Source: Candidatus Omnitrophota bacterium (GTDB lineage Bacteria; Omnitrophota; Gorgyraeia; Gygaellales; UBA12090). From it: a DNA stretch of 64,000 nucleotides. The notes beneath the pieces are model-generated. The model made no database searches and was not told the DNA's origin. It saw nothing but the letters and a program-made list of their open reading frames with translations. The stretch covers positions 13,938 to 77,937 of the forward strand of contig JAUSCZ010000014.1 in assembly GCA_030674475.1 (NCBI GenBank), written 5' to 3'. Of this stretch, positions 1 through 8,401 are shown piece by piece. The translations under genes and the position numbers were made by a program. Every line of letters starts with the position of its first letter. The stretch's first letter is position 1.

Positions 1-1
1 A

Positions 2-490
2 TCCGCGAACTCCGAGCGCGGTAAAATCAATGATGAATTGCATAAAACGATGATGAACGAAACTATGCATTGGGGGATTGAGATTGTGCGCACCGAATTA
101 AAAGAGATTGACCCGCCCAAGGATGTCCAGGAGACGATGAATAAGGTAGTCAAGGCCGAGAATGAAAAGATTTCGGCTATTGATTATGCCACCGCCACCG
201 AGACCGTAGCCGACGGTCAGAAAAGGGCGGAAATAAAGAAGGCAGAAGGAATTAAGCAGGCCAGAATATTACAGGCTGAGGGTGAGGCTGAGGCAATAAA
301 GCTGGTAAACGAGGCAGCGGAAAAATATTTTGTCGGCAATGCCCAGGTTTTAAGGAAGCTGGAGATGGTAGAAAAGTCTTTAGAGCATAATACCAAAATA
401 GTTGTTCCTTCCAATGCCGAGCTGGTTAATGTAATCGGTGATATGGCCGGGATATTGCCCTTGAAGCGAGAAGAAAAAACAGAGAAATGA
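2..490 (+). CDS. SPFH/band-7 (stomatin/prohibitin-like) domain protein, 5'-truncated by window edge
   Basis: Frame is open from position 2. C-terminal coiled-coil segment QKRAEIKKAEGIKQARILQAEGEAEAIKL is typical of SPFH proteins. Stop overlaps the purD start (ATGA). Confidence 0.7.
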   Translation, partial: SANSERGKINDELHKTMMNETMHWGIEIVRTELKEIDPPKDVQETMNKVVKAENEKISAIDYATATETVADGQKRAEIKKAEGIKQARILQAEGEAEAIKLVNEAAEKYFVGNAQVLRKLEMVEKSLEHNTKIVVPSNAELVNVIGDMAGILPLKREEKTEK

Positions 491-1827
491 AAATTTTGGT
501 TATTGGTTCAGGCGGCAGGGAGCACGCGATAATCTGGAAGCTTAAGCAGTCCAAGGTTTCTCCTAATATATATTGCGCGCCGGGTAACGGCGGGATATCC
601 CGCGATGCCCGAATTGTGAGCATTCAAGCTGATGACATTAAAGGCTTGCTGGATTTCGCGGTAAAGGAGAAAATAGACTTGACTATTGTAGGGCCTGAAG
701 CGGCCCTGGCCAAGGGAATAGTGGATAGGTTTATGCGTAAAGGCTTAAGTGTTTTTGGGCCAACCAAAGAATTAGCCCTGTTGGAGTCAAGCAAGGCCTA
801 TGCCAAAGAAACTATGCGCAGGTTTAATATTCCCACTGCCGGTTTTGAGATTTTTGATGAACCTGATAAGGCCATAGATTTTACTAATAGACCGCGCCTC
901 TTTGCCGCGCATTATCCGGTAGTGGTTAAGGCTGACGGCCTGGCCGCGGGTAAAGGGGTGGTAATTTGTAAAGACCGTAAAGAGGCCCAGATGGCTATTG
1001 AAGATATGATGGTCAGAAAGGTCTTTGGCCCTGCCGGGACGCGGGTAGTGATTGAGGAGCACTTAGAAGGTGAAGAGGCCTCAATTTTAGTGGTTTCCGA
1101 CGGAATAAATTTTACCGCCTTAGCTTCGGCGCAGGATCATAAGAGGGCCTTTGACCGCGATAAGGGCCCCAATACCGGAGGCATGGGGGCCTATTCTCCG
1201 GCGCCGGTAGTAACCCGGGATATACATAAGCGCGTAATGGATCAGGTTATCGAGCCTTTAATTACCGGCCTGGCCAAGGAAGGTAAGTTTTATAAAGGGA
1301 TTCTTTATGCCGGGATAATGGTTACCAAACAAGGGCCTAAGGTTTTAGAGTTTAATGTTCGTTTTGGCGATCCCGAGACTCAAGCCATTTTGCCGCGATT
1401 GAAAACGGATTTAGCGGATTTATGTTTTGCCTCAATTGAGGATAAAATTGACCGGCTAAAATTAGAGTGGGAAGAAAAATCAGCAGTCTGCGTGGTTTTG
1501 GCCTCCGGAGGCTACCCTGGGGATTGTCAGAAGGGTTTTGAGATCTCCGGGCTGGAGGAGGCTGGCGCCTTAGCTGAGGCAGATGCCCACATCTTTCATG
1601 CCGGCACTGAATTCAAGAACAATAAATTTTTTACCTCTGGCGGCAGGGTTTTGAATGTGGTGGGTTTAGGGGATACCATTCGTCAGGCGGCGGAGAAAAC
1701 CTATAAGGTAGTCAGTAAAATAAAATTTGAGAAGATGCGCTACCGTAAGGACATTGCCCATAGGGCGCTGAAACGTAATTTGGAAGATACATTTGTGGGA
1801 ACAGAAGCAGAACCGCAGAGGCGCTGA
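487..1827 (+). CDS. purD: phosphoribosylamine--glycine ligase
   Basis: Full-length ATP-grasp enzyme. N-terminus MKILVIGSGGREHAIIWKL is the PurD signature. Length 446 aa. Confidence 0.95.
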   Translation: MKILVIGSGGREHAIIWKLKQSKVSPNIYCAPGNGGISRDARIVSIQADDIKGLLDFAVKEKIDLTIVGPEAALAKGIVDRFMRKGLSVFGPTKELALLESSKAYAKETMRRFNIPTAGFEIFDEPDKAIDFTNRPRLFAAHYPVVVKADGLAAGKGVVICKDRKEAQMAIEDMMVRKVFGPAGTRVVIEEHLEGEEASILVVSDGINFTALASAQDHKRAFDRDKGPNTGGMGAYSPAPVVTRDIHKRVMDQVIEPLITGLAKEGKFYKGILYAGIMVTKQGPKVLEFNVRFGDPETQAILPRLKTDLADLCFASIEDKIDRLKLEWEEKSAVCVVLASGGYPGDCQKGFEISGLEEAGALAEADAHIFHAGTEFKNNKFFTSGGRVLNVVGLGDTIRQAAEKTYKVVSKIKFEKMRYRKDIAHRALKRNLEDTFVGTEAEPQRR

Positions 1828-1947
1828 AGATAATGGAAACAAAAGATTCTGCAGAAACGCAGAAGAAGACTTATTGAATTTCCGCGCTTCAGCGAAGAAA
1901 AATTTTACCGTAATCTGTTGTCCTTTTCGACCAGAGGGAGAAAAAAT

Positions 1948-2436
1948 ATGCCTAAAGCCAAAATCGCGATTGTAATGGGAAGCCAATCGGATTTAGAGAC
2001 AATGAGTGAGGCGGTAAATTTATTAAAAGAATTTAACGCGGACTATGAGGTGAGGATTTTATCCGCCCACCGCACCCCTGATAAGGTGGCTAAGTTTGCC
2101 AAGGATGCCCGTAAGGATGGGGTTAAGGTTATTATTGCCGGCGCGGGGGGCGCGGCGGCTCTGGCCGGTTCAATTGCCGCCCATACCACCTTGCCGGTAA
2201 TCGGCGTGCCGATGGAGACCTCCAGCCTTAAGGGGTTGGATTCGCTTTTATCTACCGTGCAGATGCCCGGGGGCGTGCCGGTTGCTTCTATGGCTATCGG
2301 CAGGCCAGGAGCTAAAAATTCCGCTATCTTTGCTTTGGAGATTCTGGGTGTTTCTGATAAAGAAATTGAGAAAAAGTTAAACAATTATAAAAAAGAATTA
2401 GTTAAAAAAGTTACAGAAATCAAACTGAAAGTATAA
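1948..2436 (+). CDS. purE: N5-carboxyaminoimidazole ribonucleotide mutase
   Basis: KIAIVMGSQSDLETM...SAHRTPDK...IIAGAGGAAALAG motifs. ATG at 1948 sits behind GAGGGAGAAAAAAT; the track start 1918 is probably too long. Confidence 0.95.
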   Translation: MPKAKIAIVMGSQSDLETMSEAVNLLKEFNADYEVRILSAHRTPDKVAKFAKDARKDGVKVIIAGAGGAAALAGSIAAHTTLPVIGVPMETSSLKGLDSLLSTVQMPGGVPVASMAIGRPGAKNSAIFALEILGVSDKEIEKKLNNYKKELVKKVTEIKLKV

Positions 2437-2503
2437 AATGATTCAAAAGTGGTTTTTCAGCCATTAGTTGTAAGCTGATAGCCGATAGTTGATAGCTAAA
2501 AAT

Positions 2504-3583
2504 ATGCAGACTGAAGTGTTAAAGGTTGATCCGGTGAGTCCGGATTTCGCGGCAATAGAGAAAGCGGCCGGTTTTATCCGCCAGGGAAAGATTGTGGCGA
2601 TTCCCACGGATACCGTGTATGGATTGGCAGTGGATTTCGGTAATCCCCAGGCCATGAAAAGGCTTTATGAATTGAAGAAGCGTCCTTTGAATAAGCCATT
2701 TACTATCGCGGTCTCCAGTGAAGAATCTTTAGAACGCCTTACGCGGGATGCCGGACCTTTGGCCTATAAGTTGATGGAAAAATTTTGGCCCGGGCCTTTG
2801 ACTCTGGTGTTAAAATCTGCCGAAAATACCGTTGATGAGCCTGATCGAACCATCGGTTTACGTCTTCCCAATAACCGGGTGGCTTTAAGGATTATTGAGG
2901 AATCCGGATGCGCGGTGGCCCTGCCTTCAGCTAATTATTCCGGCCAGAAGCCTGCCCGCGATGCCCGGGAAGTTTTATCCGCCCTTAAGGATAGTATAGA
3001 TTTAATTATGGATGCCGGTAAAGTTGAATTAGGGATAGAGTCAACAGTGGTGGATTTGAGCACAGCTCATTTTAAGATATTGCGCGAGGGCGCGGTGAGT
3101 AAGGCTGAAATAGAAAGGCTGGCTAAACTAAAAAAAGTTCTTTTTGTCTGCACCGGAAATTCCTGCCGTTCAGTAATGGCCGAAGGCCTGCTGAAAAAAG
3201 CTCTTAAAGACAAAAACCGCGTAGATGTGGAGGTGATGTCTGCCGGCATCTCAGCTTTTGGCGGCCAGTCGGCAACGCGGGAAACCTTACATTTGCTCGC
3301 TAAAGCCGGCGTGGACATACAAAAGGTTCATTACTCCCAGAGAATAACCAAGACTATGCTTTATTCTTCGGATTTAATTTTGGTTATGGAAAATATCCAT
3401 GAGGAGTATATTCTGAATATGGCCCCGGCTGTTCGCAGCCGGCTGTATTTATTAAAAGAATTTGCTAAAATTCCAGAGATGGATTTGAATATTCTGGACC
3501 CTATCGGCCAAAGCCCGGCCTTTTATGAAATGACCTTTTCAGCCATCAAAGGAGCAGTGGAGAAGGTAGCAGATTTACTATAA
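2504..3583 (+). CDS. fusion of L-threonylcarbamoyladenylate synthase (Sua5/YrdC/YwlC) and low-molecular-weight protein phosphatase (YwlE-like)
   Basis: N-terminal half has the YrdC fold (IPTDTVYGLAVD, KPFTIAVS). C-terminal half has the LMW-PTP P-loop VLFVCTGNSCRS(V)MAEG (CX5R). Track start 2489 is TTG; ATG at 2504 is more likely. Confidence 0.85.
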   Translation: MQTEVLKVDPVSPDFAAIEKAAGFIRQGKIVAIPTDTVYGLAVDFGNPQAMKRLYELKKRPLNKPFTIAVSSEESLERLTRDAGPLAYKLMEKFWPGPLTLVLKSAENTVDEPDRTIGLRLPNNRVALRIIEESGCAVALPSANYSGQKPARDAREVLSALKDSIDLIMDAGKVELGIESTVVDLSTAHFKILREGAVSKAEIERLAKLKKVLFVCTGNSCRSVMAEGLLKKALKDKNRVDVEVMSAGISAFGGQSATRETLHLLAKAGVDIQKVHYSQRITKTMLYSSDLILVMENIHEEYILNMAPAVRSRLYLLKEFAKIPEMDLNILDPIGQSPAFYEMTFSAIKGAVEKVADLL

Positions 3584-3591
3584 GGAGTGAG

Positions 3592-4077
3592 ATGTCCGGA
3601 AATTATAAAAAGAAAACCCAAGCCGTTGTTATCGGAAGCGACCACGGCGGATTTAGATTAAAAGAGAAGATTAAAAAATTCTTAGGAGATAAGGGTTATC
3701 AGATTAAGGATGTGGGCTGCTTTAACCAAGAGCCTTGCGATTATCCGGTATACGCGTATAAGGCGGCGAAAGAGGTATCTTTAAGGAATTTTTCTAAAGG
3801 TATTTTAATCTGTAAAAGCGGAATCGGGAATTCCATGGTGGCAAATAAACTCCCCGGGGTGCGGGCGGCTTTATGTTATAATCTAAAGGCGGCTAAGCTT
3901 TCCCGTCAGCATAACGACGCCAATGTTTTGGTTTTGGGGGCCTTATTTGTTAACGAGGCCCTAGCCAAGAGAATGGCAAGCCTTTGGCTGAAAACCGAAT
4001 TTGAGGGCGGAAGGCACTTAAGAAGGGTGAAGCAAATAAAAAAGATTGAGGATGAGATAAATCAAGATTATGCTTAA
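3592..4077 (+). CDS. rpiB: ribose-5-phosphate isomerase B
   Basis: VVIGSDHGGFRLKEKI... and the C/H catalytic region (GIGNSMVANK) of the RpiB/LacAB family. The neighbours (sua5, ywlE, glyA) follow the B. subtilis gene order. Confidence 0.9.
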   Translation: MSGNYKKKTQAVVIGSDHGGFRLKEKIKKFLGDKGYQIKDVGCFNQEPCDYPVYAYKAAKEVSLRNFSKGILICKSGIGNSMVANKLPGVRAALCYNLKAAKLSRQHNDANVLVLGALFVNEALAKRMASLWLKTEFEGGRHLRRVKQIKKIEDEINQDYA

Positions 4078-4432
4078 CGCCTTTCTGCTCATCAGGCAGG
4101 TGTCTCCGGAAGACCTGAAAAAACGGGGAGTGGAATGGCATAAGAAAAGTTTTGGAGAAATATTCTGGGTTTCCTTTGGCAGCCGTAGTAAAGAGAAAGA
4201 CATTAGAATAAAAGACTACTGGCTACCCGCATTGATTGGTATTTCTGAACTGTCAGTATTTCCGATCTTGATGACTCAAGGTTTTTGGATTTTTATTGGA
4301 GCATGGATAGGGATCAAAACAGCAAGTTCTTGGGGTGGATGGCAGAAAACCCGCACAGCCTATAATCGGTTTTTATTAGGGAATATTTTATCATTAGGAT
4401 TTTCGGCACTCATTGCTTGGATATGTTTTTAG
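4070..4432 (+). CDS. hypothetical small membrane protein (start uncertain)
   Basis: ORF with a hydrophobic C-terminal half (WIFIGAWIGIK...ALIAWICF). Overlaps the rpiB stop. No recognisable family. Confidence 0.3.
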   Translation: MLNAFLLIRQVSPEDLKKRGVEWHKKSFGEIFWVSFGSRSKEKDIRIKDYWLPALIGISELSVFPILMTQGFWIFIGAWIGIKTASSWGGWQKTRTAYNRFLLGNILSLGFSALIAWICF

Positions 4433-4602
4433 AATATATCATATCACTTTTCGTCAGTAGAACGCCGCAAAAGTGCTACTTTTGCGGCGTTGGGGTGAGG
4501 ATTGAGCACAAAATAGAGGGGATTTTCTGGACTTTTGCGACGTTGAAAAGAGAACCTATCTGTAAATTTTGCATTTTCGAGTAGAATTTGGTCAGAAAAA
4601 CC

Positions 4603-4631
4603 TTGACAAAGGTTAGCAAATATGCTAACTT
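4603..4631 (+). promoter_or_regulatory. promoter (TTGACA-17-TAACTT) with embedded 16-bp palindromic operator TTAGCAAATATGCTAA for the HigB/HigA-like module
   Basis: TTGACA at 4603-4608. Perfect palindrome at 4613-4628 overlaps the spacer and -10. The HTH antitoxin is the likely autorepressor. Confidence 0.5.
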
Positions 4632-4649
4632 ATATATGAGGGGTGCAGT

Positions 4650-5057
4650 GTGGCAATTCCCAAAAAAGAAGAATACATTTTCTATCAGGGAGAGAAGTTT
4701 CAGATAGAGTTTTATTTTACTGAGACAGGAAAGATGCCCGCTAAAGAGTATTTGGAAGAGGTGGCTTTAGATGTAAAAGTAAAACTGGCCGCCCTGGTAA
4801 AATATATAGCAGAGCAGGGCAAGATATTCGATATAACAAAATTTAGAGCGGTAGATTCCCAGGAAAAAATCTACGAGTTTAAGCCTTGGCAATATCGGTT
4901 TTTTAATTTTTTCTATGAAGGAAGAAAAATAATCATTACTAATGGTTATATGAAAAAATCTCAAAAGGTAAACAGGAAAGATTTAGAAAGAGCCAGAGAT
5001 ATAAAAAAAGATTATACTTACAGAGTAAAAGGGGGTAACTATTATGGAGAAGAATAA
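4650..5057 (+). CDS. HigB/Gp49-like (RelE/ParE superfamily) toxin
   Basis: GTG start 5 nt after GAGGGGTG. Pattern ...KIYEFKPWQYRFFNFFYEGRKIIITNGYMKKSQK... matches phage Gp49-like/HigB toxins. Followed by an overlapping HTH antitoxin gene. Confidence 0.65.
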   Translation: MAIPKKEEYIFYQGEKFQIEFYFTETGKMPAKEYLEEVALDVKVKLAALVKYIAEQGKIFDITKFRAVDSQEKIYEFKPWQYRFFNFFYEGRKIIITNGYMKKSQKVNRKDLERARDIKKDYTYRVKGGNYYGEE

Positions 5058-5364
5058 AACATATATGGATAAATTAATGGCCGAAAAAGATTTCCGGGAA
5101 AAGTTTGATCAGGAATACCAGAATCTTTGTATCGCGGAGCAGATTGCCCAAGCGCGTCATCACGCGCATTTAACTCAATCTGACCTGGCTAAACGGATCC
5201 ATACTACTAAATCGGCCATTTCGCGCTATGAAAGCGCTGATTACGATAAATACGGGATTGCGCTCTTAACCAGGATTGCCAAGGCTTGTGGAGCAGATTT
5301 AAAAATAATTTTTGTTACTTCTAAAAGCGCGAAGAATGGCTCTCGTTTTGCTCCCGCATTGTAG
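5044..5364 (+). CDS. XRE-family HTH antitoxin (HigA-like)
   Basis: HTH LTQSDLAKRIHTTKSAISRYES. Overlaps the toxin by 14 nt in a toxin-first arrangement. Confidence 0.65.
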   Translation: MEKNKTYMDKLMAEKDFREKFDQEYQNLCIAEQIAQARHHAHLTQSDLAKRIHTTKSAISRYESADYDKYGIALLTRIAKACGADLKIIFVTSKSAKNGSRFAPAL

Positions 5365-5397
5365 ATAAGATTGTTTCTGAAAGGCCACACGCTACAC

Positions 5398-6630
5398 ATG
5401 AGTTATTTAGAAAAAATAGATCCGCGAATATATAAGATAATCAAGGCGGAAGGCCTGCGCCAGGAAGAAAACTTAGAGTTGATTGCCTCGGAGAACTTTA
5501 CCTCTCGGGGAGTTTTAGAGGCCCAAGGGTCAGTCCTGACCAATAAATACGCTGAAGGCTATCCCCAGCATCGCTGGTATGGCGGCTGTGTTAATGTGGA
5601 TGAGGCGGAGCATCTGGCTATCGAGCGGGCCCGGGAACTTTTTAAGGCCGAGCATGTGAATGTCCAGGCCCATTCCGGAAGCCAGGCCAATATGGCGGTT
5701 TACTTTACCTGCCTTAATGTCGGGGATACTATAATGGCTTTGGATCTTGCCTGCGGAGGGCACCTTACTCACGGTCATCCGCATAATTTCTCCGGCAAGC
5801 TTTATAAAGTGGTTTCCTATGGCGTTGATCCTAAGAGTGAACAATTAGATTATGATAAGATATTAACCTTGGCTAAAGAATGTCATCCCCGCCTGATTTT
5901 AGCCGGGGCCTCGGCTTATCCCCGGATTATTGATTTTAAGAAATTCCGGGCCATTTGTGATAAGGTGGGAGCGTATTTGTTTGTGGATATGGCCCATATC
6001 GCCGGGCTGGTGGCGGCGGGAGTTCACCCCTCTCCGGTTCCTTACGCGGAGTTTGTCAGTTCTACTACCCATAAGACCTTGCGCGGGCCGCGGGGAGGTT
6101 TTGTCCTCTGTAAAAAGGAATTCAGCCGTAAGCTGGATTTAGAGATTTTTCCGGGGATACAGGGCGGGCCTTTGATGCATACCATTGCCGCCAAGGCTGT
6201 GGCTTTTAAAGAAGCCTCAAGCGCCAAGTTTAAAAAGGACCAGAAGCAGACTGTCCGAAATGCCCAGGCCCTTTGCTCGGCCTTAGTCAAAAAAGGATAC
6301 AGGGCGGTTTCCGGAGGAACCGACAATCATCTGTTCTTATTGGATTTAACCTTAAAAGGTGTCAGCGGCAAAGAGGCTCAGGAGAAATTAGACCAGGCTG
6401 GGATTACTGTGAATAAAAACCTGATTCCTTTTGATCCTAAATCTCCAGCCTTAGCCAGCGGAATCCGTATCGGCACGCCCGCGGTTACTACCCGGGGAAT
6501 GAAGGAAAACCAAATGCGCCTCATTGCTGATTTTATTGACCGGGGACTGACCACTTCCGGAGAGAGAAAAATCAGCGAGATTAAAAAAGAGGTTAAGGCC
6601 TTGACGAAGAAATTTCCTTTATATCCTTAA
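5398..6630 (+). CDS. glyA: serine hydroxymethyltransferase
   Basis: SHMT signature throughout (HLTHGHP..., [15 protein letters not shown]-lysine region). ATG at 5398 (MSYLEKIDP) is preferred over the track start. Confidence 0.95.
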   Translation: MSYLEKIDPRIYKIIKAEGLRQEENLELIASENFTSRGVLEAQGSVLTNKYAEGYPQHRWYGGCVNVDEAEHLAIERARELFKAEHVNVQAHSGSQANMAVYFTCLNVGDTIMALDLACGGHLTHGHPHNFSGKLYKVVSYGVDPKSEQLDYDKILTLAKECHPRLILAGASAYPRIIDFKKFRAICDKVGAYLFVDMAHIAGLVAAGVHPSPVPYAEFVSSTTHKTLRGPRGGFVLCKKEFSRKLDLEIFPGIQGGPLMHTIAAKAVAFKEASSAKFKKDQKQTVRNAQALCSALVKKGYRAVSGGTDNHLFLLDLTLKGVSGKEAQEKLDQAGITVNKNLIPFDPKSPALASGIRIGTPAVTTRGMKENQMRLIADFIDRGLTTSGERKISEIKKEVKALTKKFPLYP

Positions 6631-6654
6631 ATAAGATGAAACAGTTATGTTCCG

Positions 6655-6751
6655 CCGAGGTGTGGCACCAATGAGAATGAAAATAAAGTTTAGATCAGCC
6701 GTGTCGCGTAGCGGTGCGATTTATCGTACCTGTAAGGAGATTCTCAGGTGA
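6655..6751 (+). promoter_or_regulatory. conserved 5' leader with 26-codon uORF (MRMKIKFRSAVSRSGAIYRTCKEILR), copy A, upstream of dCMP deaminase
   Basis: ~80% nt identity to 53225-53321. uORF ATG at 6671, TGA at 6749-6751, overlapping the GTG start (GTGA). Hairpin GTGCGAT-tt-ATCGTAC. Confidence 0.6.
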
Positions 6752-7278
6752 AAAATAAAGAATACAAGCCCAGCCCTTGTAAGCAAGGGCTGGGTAAAGA
6801 TATCCGTCCTGATTGGGATGAATATTTCCTGGGGATAATTCAGGAAATAGCTAAAAGAGCCACCTGTGACCGGGGGAAAGCCGGCTGTGTAATCGTTAAG
6901 GATAAAAGAATCCTGGCTACCGGTTATGTGGGTTCGCCCGCCGGACAGCCGCACTGCGACGAGGCCGGGCATATGATGCGGGATGTGGTCAGCCCTGACG
7001 GCTCAATAAGCAAGCATTGTATCCGGACAATCCACGCCGAGCAGAACGCCATTTGTCAGGCGGCCCGCTTTGGCATACCTTTAGAAGGCTCAACCCTGTA
7101 TTGTAAAATGGAGCCCTGTTTTACCTGCGCCAAGATGATTGTAAACTGTGGAATAAAAAAAGTGGTCTGCTCCGGAAAATACCATGCCGCGCAGTCCAGC
7201 CGCGAATTGTTTAAAAAGGCAAAAGTAGAACTGCGCGTCTTATCTCAAGAGGTAGTAAGATATAAAGATCAGAGATAG
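6748..7278 (+). CDS. dCMP (deoxycytidylate) deaminase, ComEB-like
   Basis: Zinc-binding HAEQNAI ... PCFTCAKMIV cytidine/deoxycytidylate deaminase motifs. GTG start overlaps the stop of the conserved upstream uORF. Confidence 0.85.
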   Translation: MKNKEYKPSPCKQGLGKDIRPDWDEYFLGIIQEIAKRATCDRGKAGCVIVKDKRILATGYVGSPAGQPHCDEAGHMMRDVVSPDGSISKHCIRTIHAEQNAICQAARFGIPLEGSTLYCKMEPCFTCAKMIVNCGIKKVVCSGKYHAAQSSRELFKKAKVELRVLSQEVVRYKDQR

Positions 7279-7300
7279 TGAGGTAGCAGCATGAAAATGT

Positions 7301-7424
7301 CTAATGTCTAAATCCGAATGACGAATGAATACCTAATGCCCAAATTCCTAAATGTCCAATTTAGGAGCTCTTTCGTTATTTGGTCATTTAAGGAATTAGT
7401 CATTCGTTCGGCATTCGTCATTAG
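7301..7424. repeat. ~125-bp heptamer-periodic imperfect inverted repeat between the dCMP deaminase gene and nrdR
   Basis: Left arm CCGAATG ACGAATG AATACCT AATGCCC AAATTCC TAAATGT CCAA. Right arm TTGG TCATTTA AGGAATT AGTCATT CGTTCGG CATTCGT CATTAGG. The inner 17 bp are near-perfectly complementary. Confidence 0.6.
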
Positions 7425-7474
7425 GAATTCGCCATTAACGGTCTACAACACATATTATACGAGGGGATTTTATA

Positions 7475-7984
7475 ATGAAGTGCATTTACTGCGGGCACCT
7501 GGAAGATAAGGTTATAGATTCGCGCTCAAGTTCGGAAGGTAATTCTGTCCGGAGAAGGCGGGAGTGTCTTAAGTGCGAGAGGCGTTTTACTACCTATGAA
7601 TACATTGAGCGGATACCGCTTTTGGTGGTAAAGAAAGACGGCCGCCGCGAGGCCTTTGACCGTAATAAGATTTTAAGTGGTATTGTTAAGGCCTGTGAGA
7701 AACGTTCTATAAGTCTTAAGATGATGGAGGATATGGTGGCTTTCATTGAAAGAAGCGCAATGCGCAAATACGAAAAAGAGATGCCTGCCTCAGTTGTGGG
7801 AGAGCTGGTTATGGAGAAATTAGCTACCGTTGATGAGGTGGCTTATGTGCGCTTTGCCTCGGTATACCGGCAGTTTAAAGATGTAAACCAGTTTATGAGT
7901 GAGCTAAAGGATATATTGGGTAAGGATGTAAAAAGAGAAGGCAAGGCCGCCCCAATTAAGCCTAAAGCTAAATCCCGGAGATAA
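7475..7984 (+). CDS. nrdR: transcriptional repressor NrdR
   Basis: MKCIYCGHLEDKVIDSR...CLKCERRFTTYE zinc ribbon plus ATP-cone. Confidence 0.95.
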   Translation: MKCIYCGHLEDKVIDSRSSSEGNSVRRRRECLKCERRFTTYEYIERIPLLVVKKDGRREAFDRNKILSGIVKACEKRSISLKMMEDMVAFIERSAMRKYEKEMPASVVGELVMEKLATVDEVAYVRFASVYRQFKDVNQFMSELKDILGKDVKREGKAAPIKPKAKSRR

Positions 7985-7986
7985 TT

Positions 7987-8388
7987 ATGATTGAGATGGA
8001 GTTAAATAAAATCATTATTGATGAGAAGCGCCAGGACCAGGTGATTGTGTTAAAGGAAAAAAACGGGATTAAAACCCTTCCTATTGTTATCGGTTTACTT
8101 GAGGCCTCCAGTATCAAGATGAAGCTTTCCGGAATCCAGGCTCCCCGTCCTTTAACTCACGACCTCCTGTATTCCATAATTGAAAGTCTTAAGGTCAAGG
8201 TTGAGAAAATAGTTATTGATAAATTAGAGAATAATACCTTTTACGCCAAGATGTTTATCGCGGCCGAAAACCAGGAAACCAGGATAATTGACGCCCGCCC
8301 TTCAGATTCAATTGCCTTAGCCGTGCGCGCCAAAGCCCCTATTTTCGTTGAGGAGGAGGTTTTGGAGCAGTCCGCCAAATATAAGTAA
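7987..8388 (+). CDS. bifunctional nuclease (BFN) family protein, DUF151
   Basis: DARPSDSIALAVRAKAPIFV motif of the DUF151/BFN family. Confidence 0.75.
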   Translation: MIEMELNKIIIDEKRQDQVIVLKEKNGIKTLPIVIGLLEASSIKMKLSGIQAPRPLTHDLLYSIIESLKVKVEKIVIDKLENNTFYAKMFIAAENQETRIIDARPSDSIALAVRAKAPIFVEEEVLEQSAKYK

Positions 8389-8401
8389 ATCTTTCTTACC
8401 T

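Noticed and set aside
1793-1975. 60-aa ORF between purD and purE
   Set aside because: It overlaps the purD 3' end and the purE RBS and has an Arg/Lys-rich low-complexity translation. The spacer is better explained as the purE 5' UTR.
6661-6676. Sigma54-type -24 element TGGCAC in leader copy A
   Set aside because: The partner copy reads TGACAC. Neither copy has the GC -12 element at the right spacing. The conserved block instead continues through an ORF and a hairpin, so a leader peptide or RNA element explains the conservation better.
7318-7509. 63-aa ORF upstream of nrdR
   Set aside because: It lies entirely within the heptamer-periodic inverted repeat and overlaps the nrdR start. The translation mirrors the repeat (SFVIWSF.../SAFVIRNS) rather than a protein.
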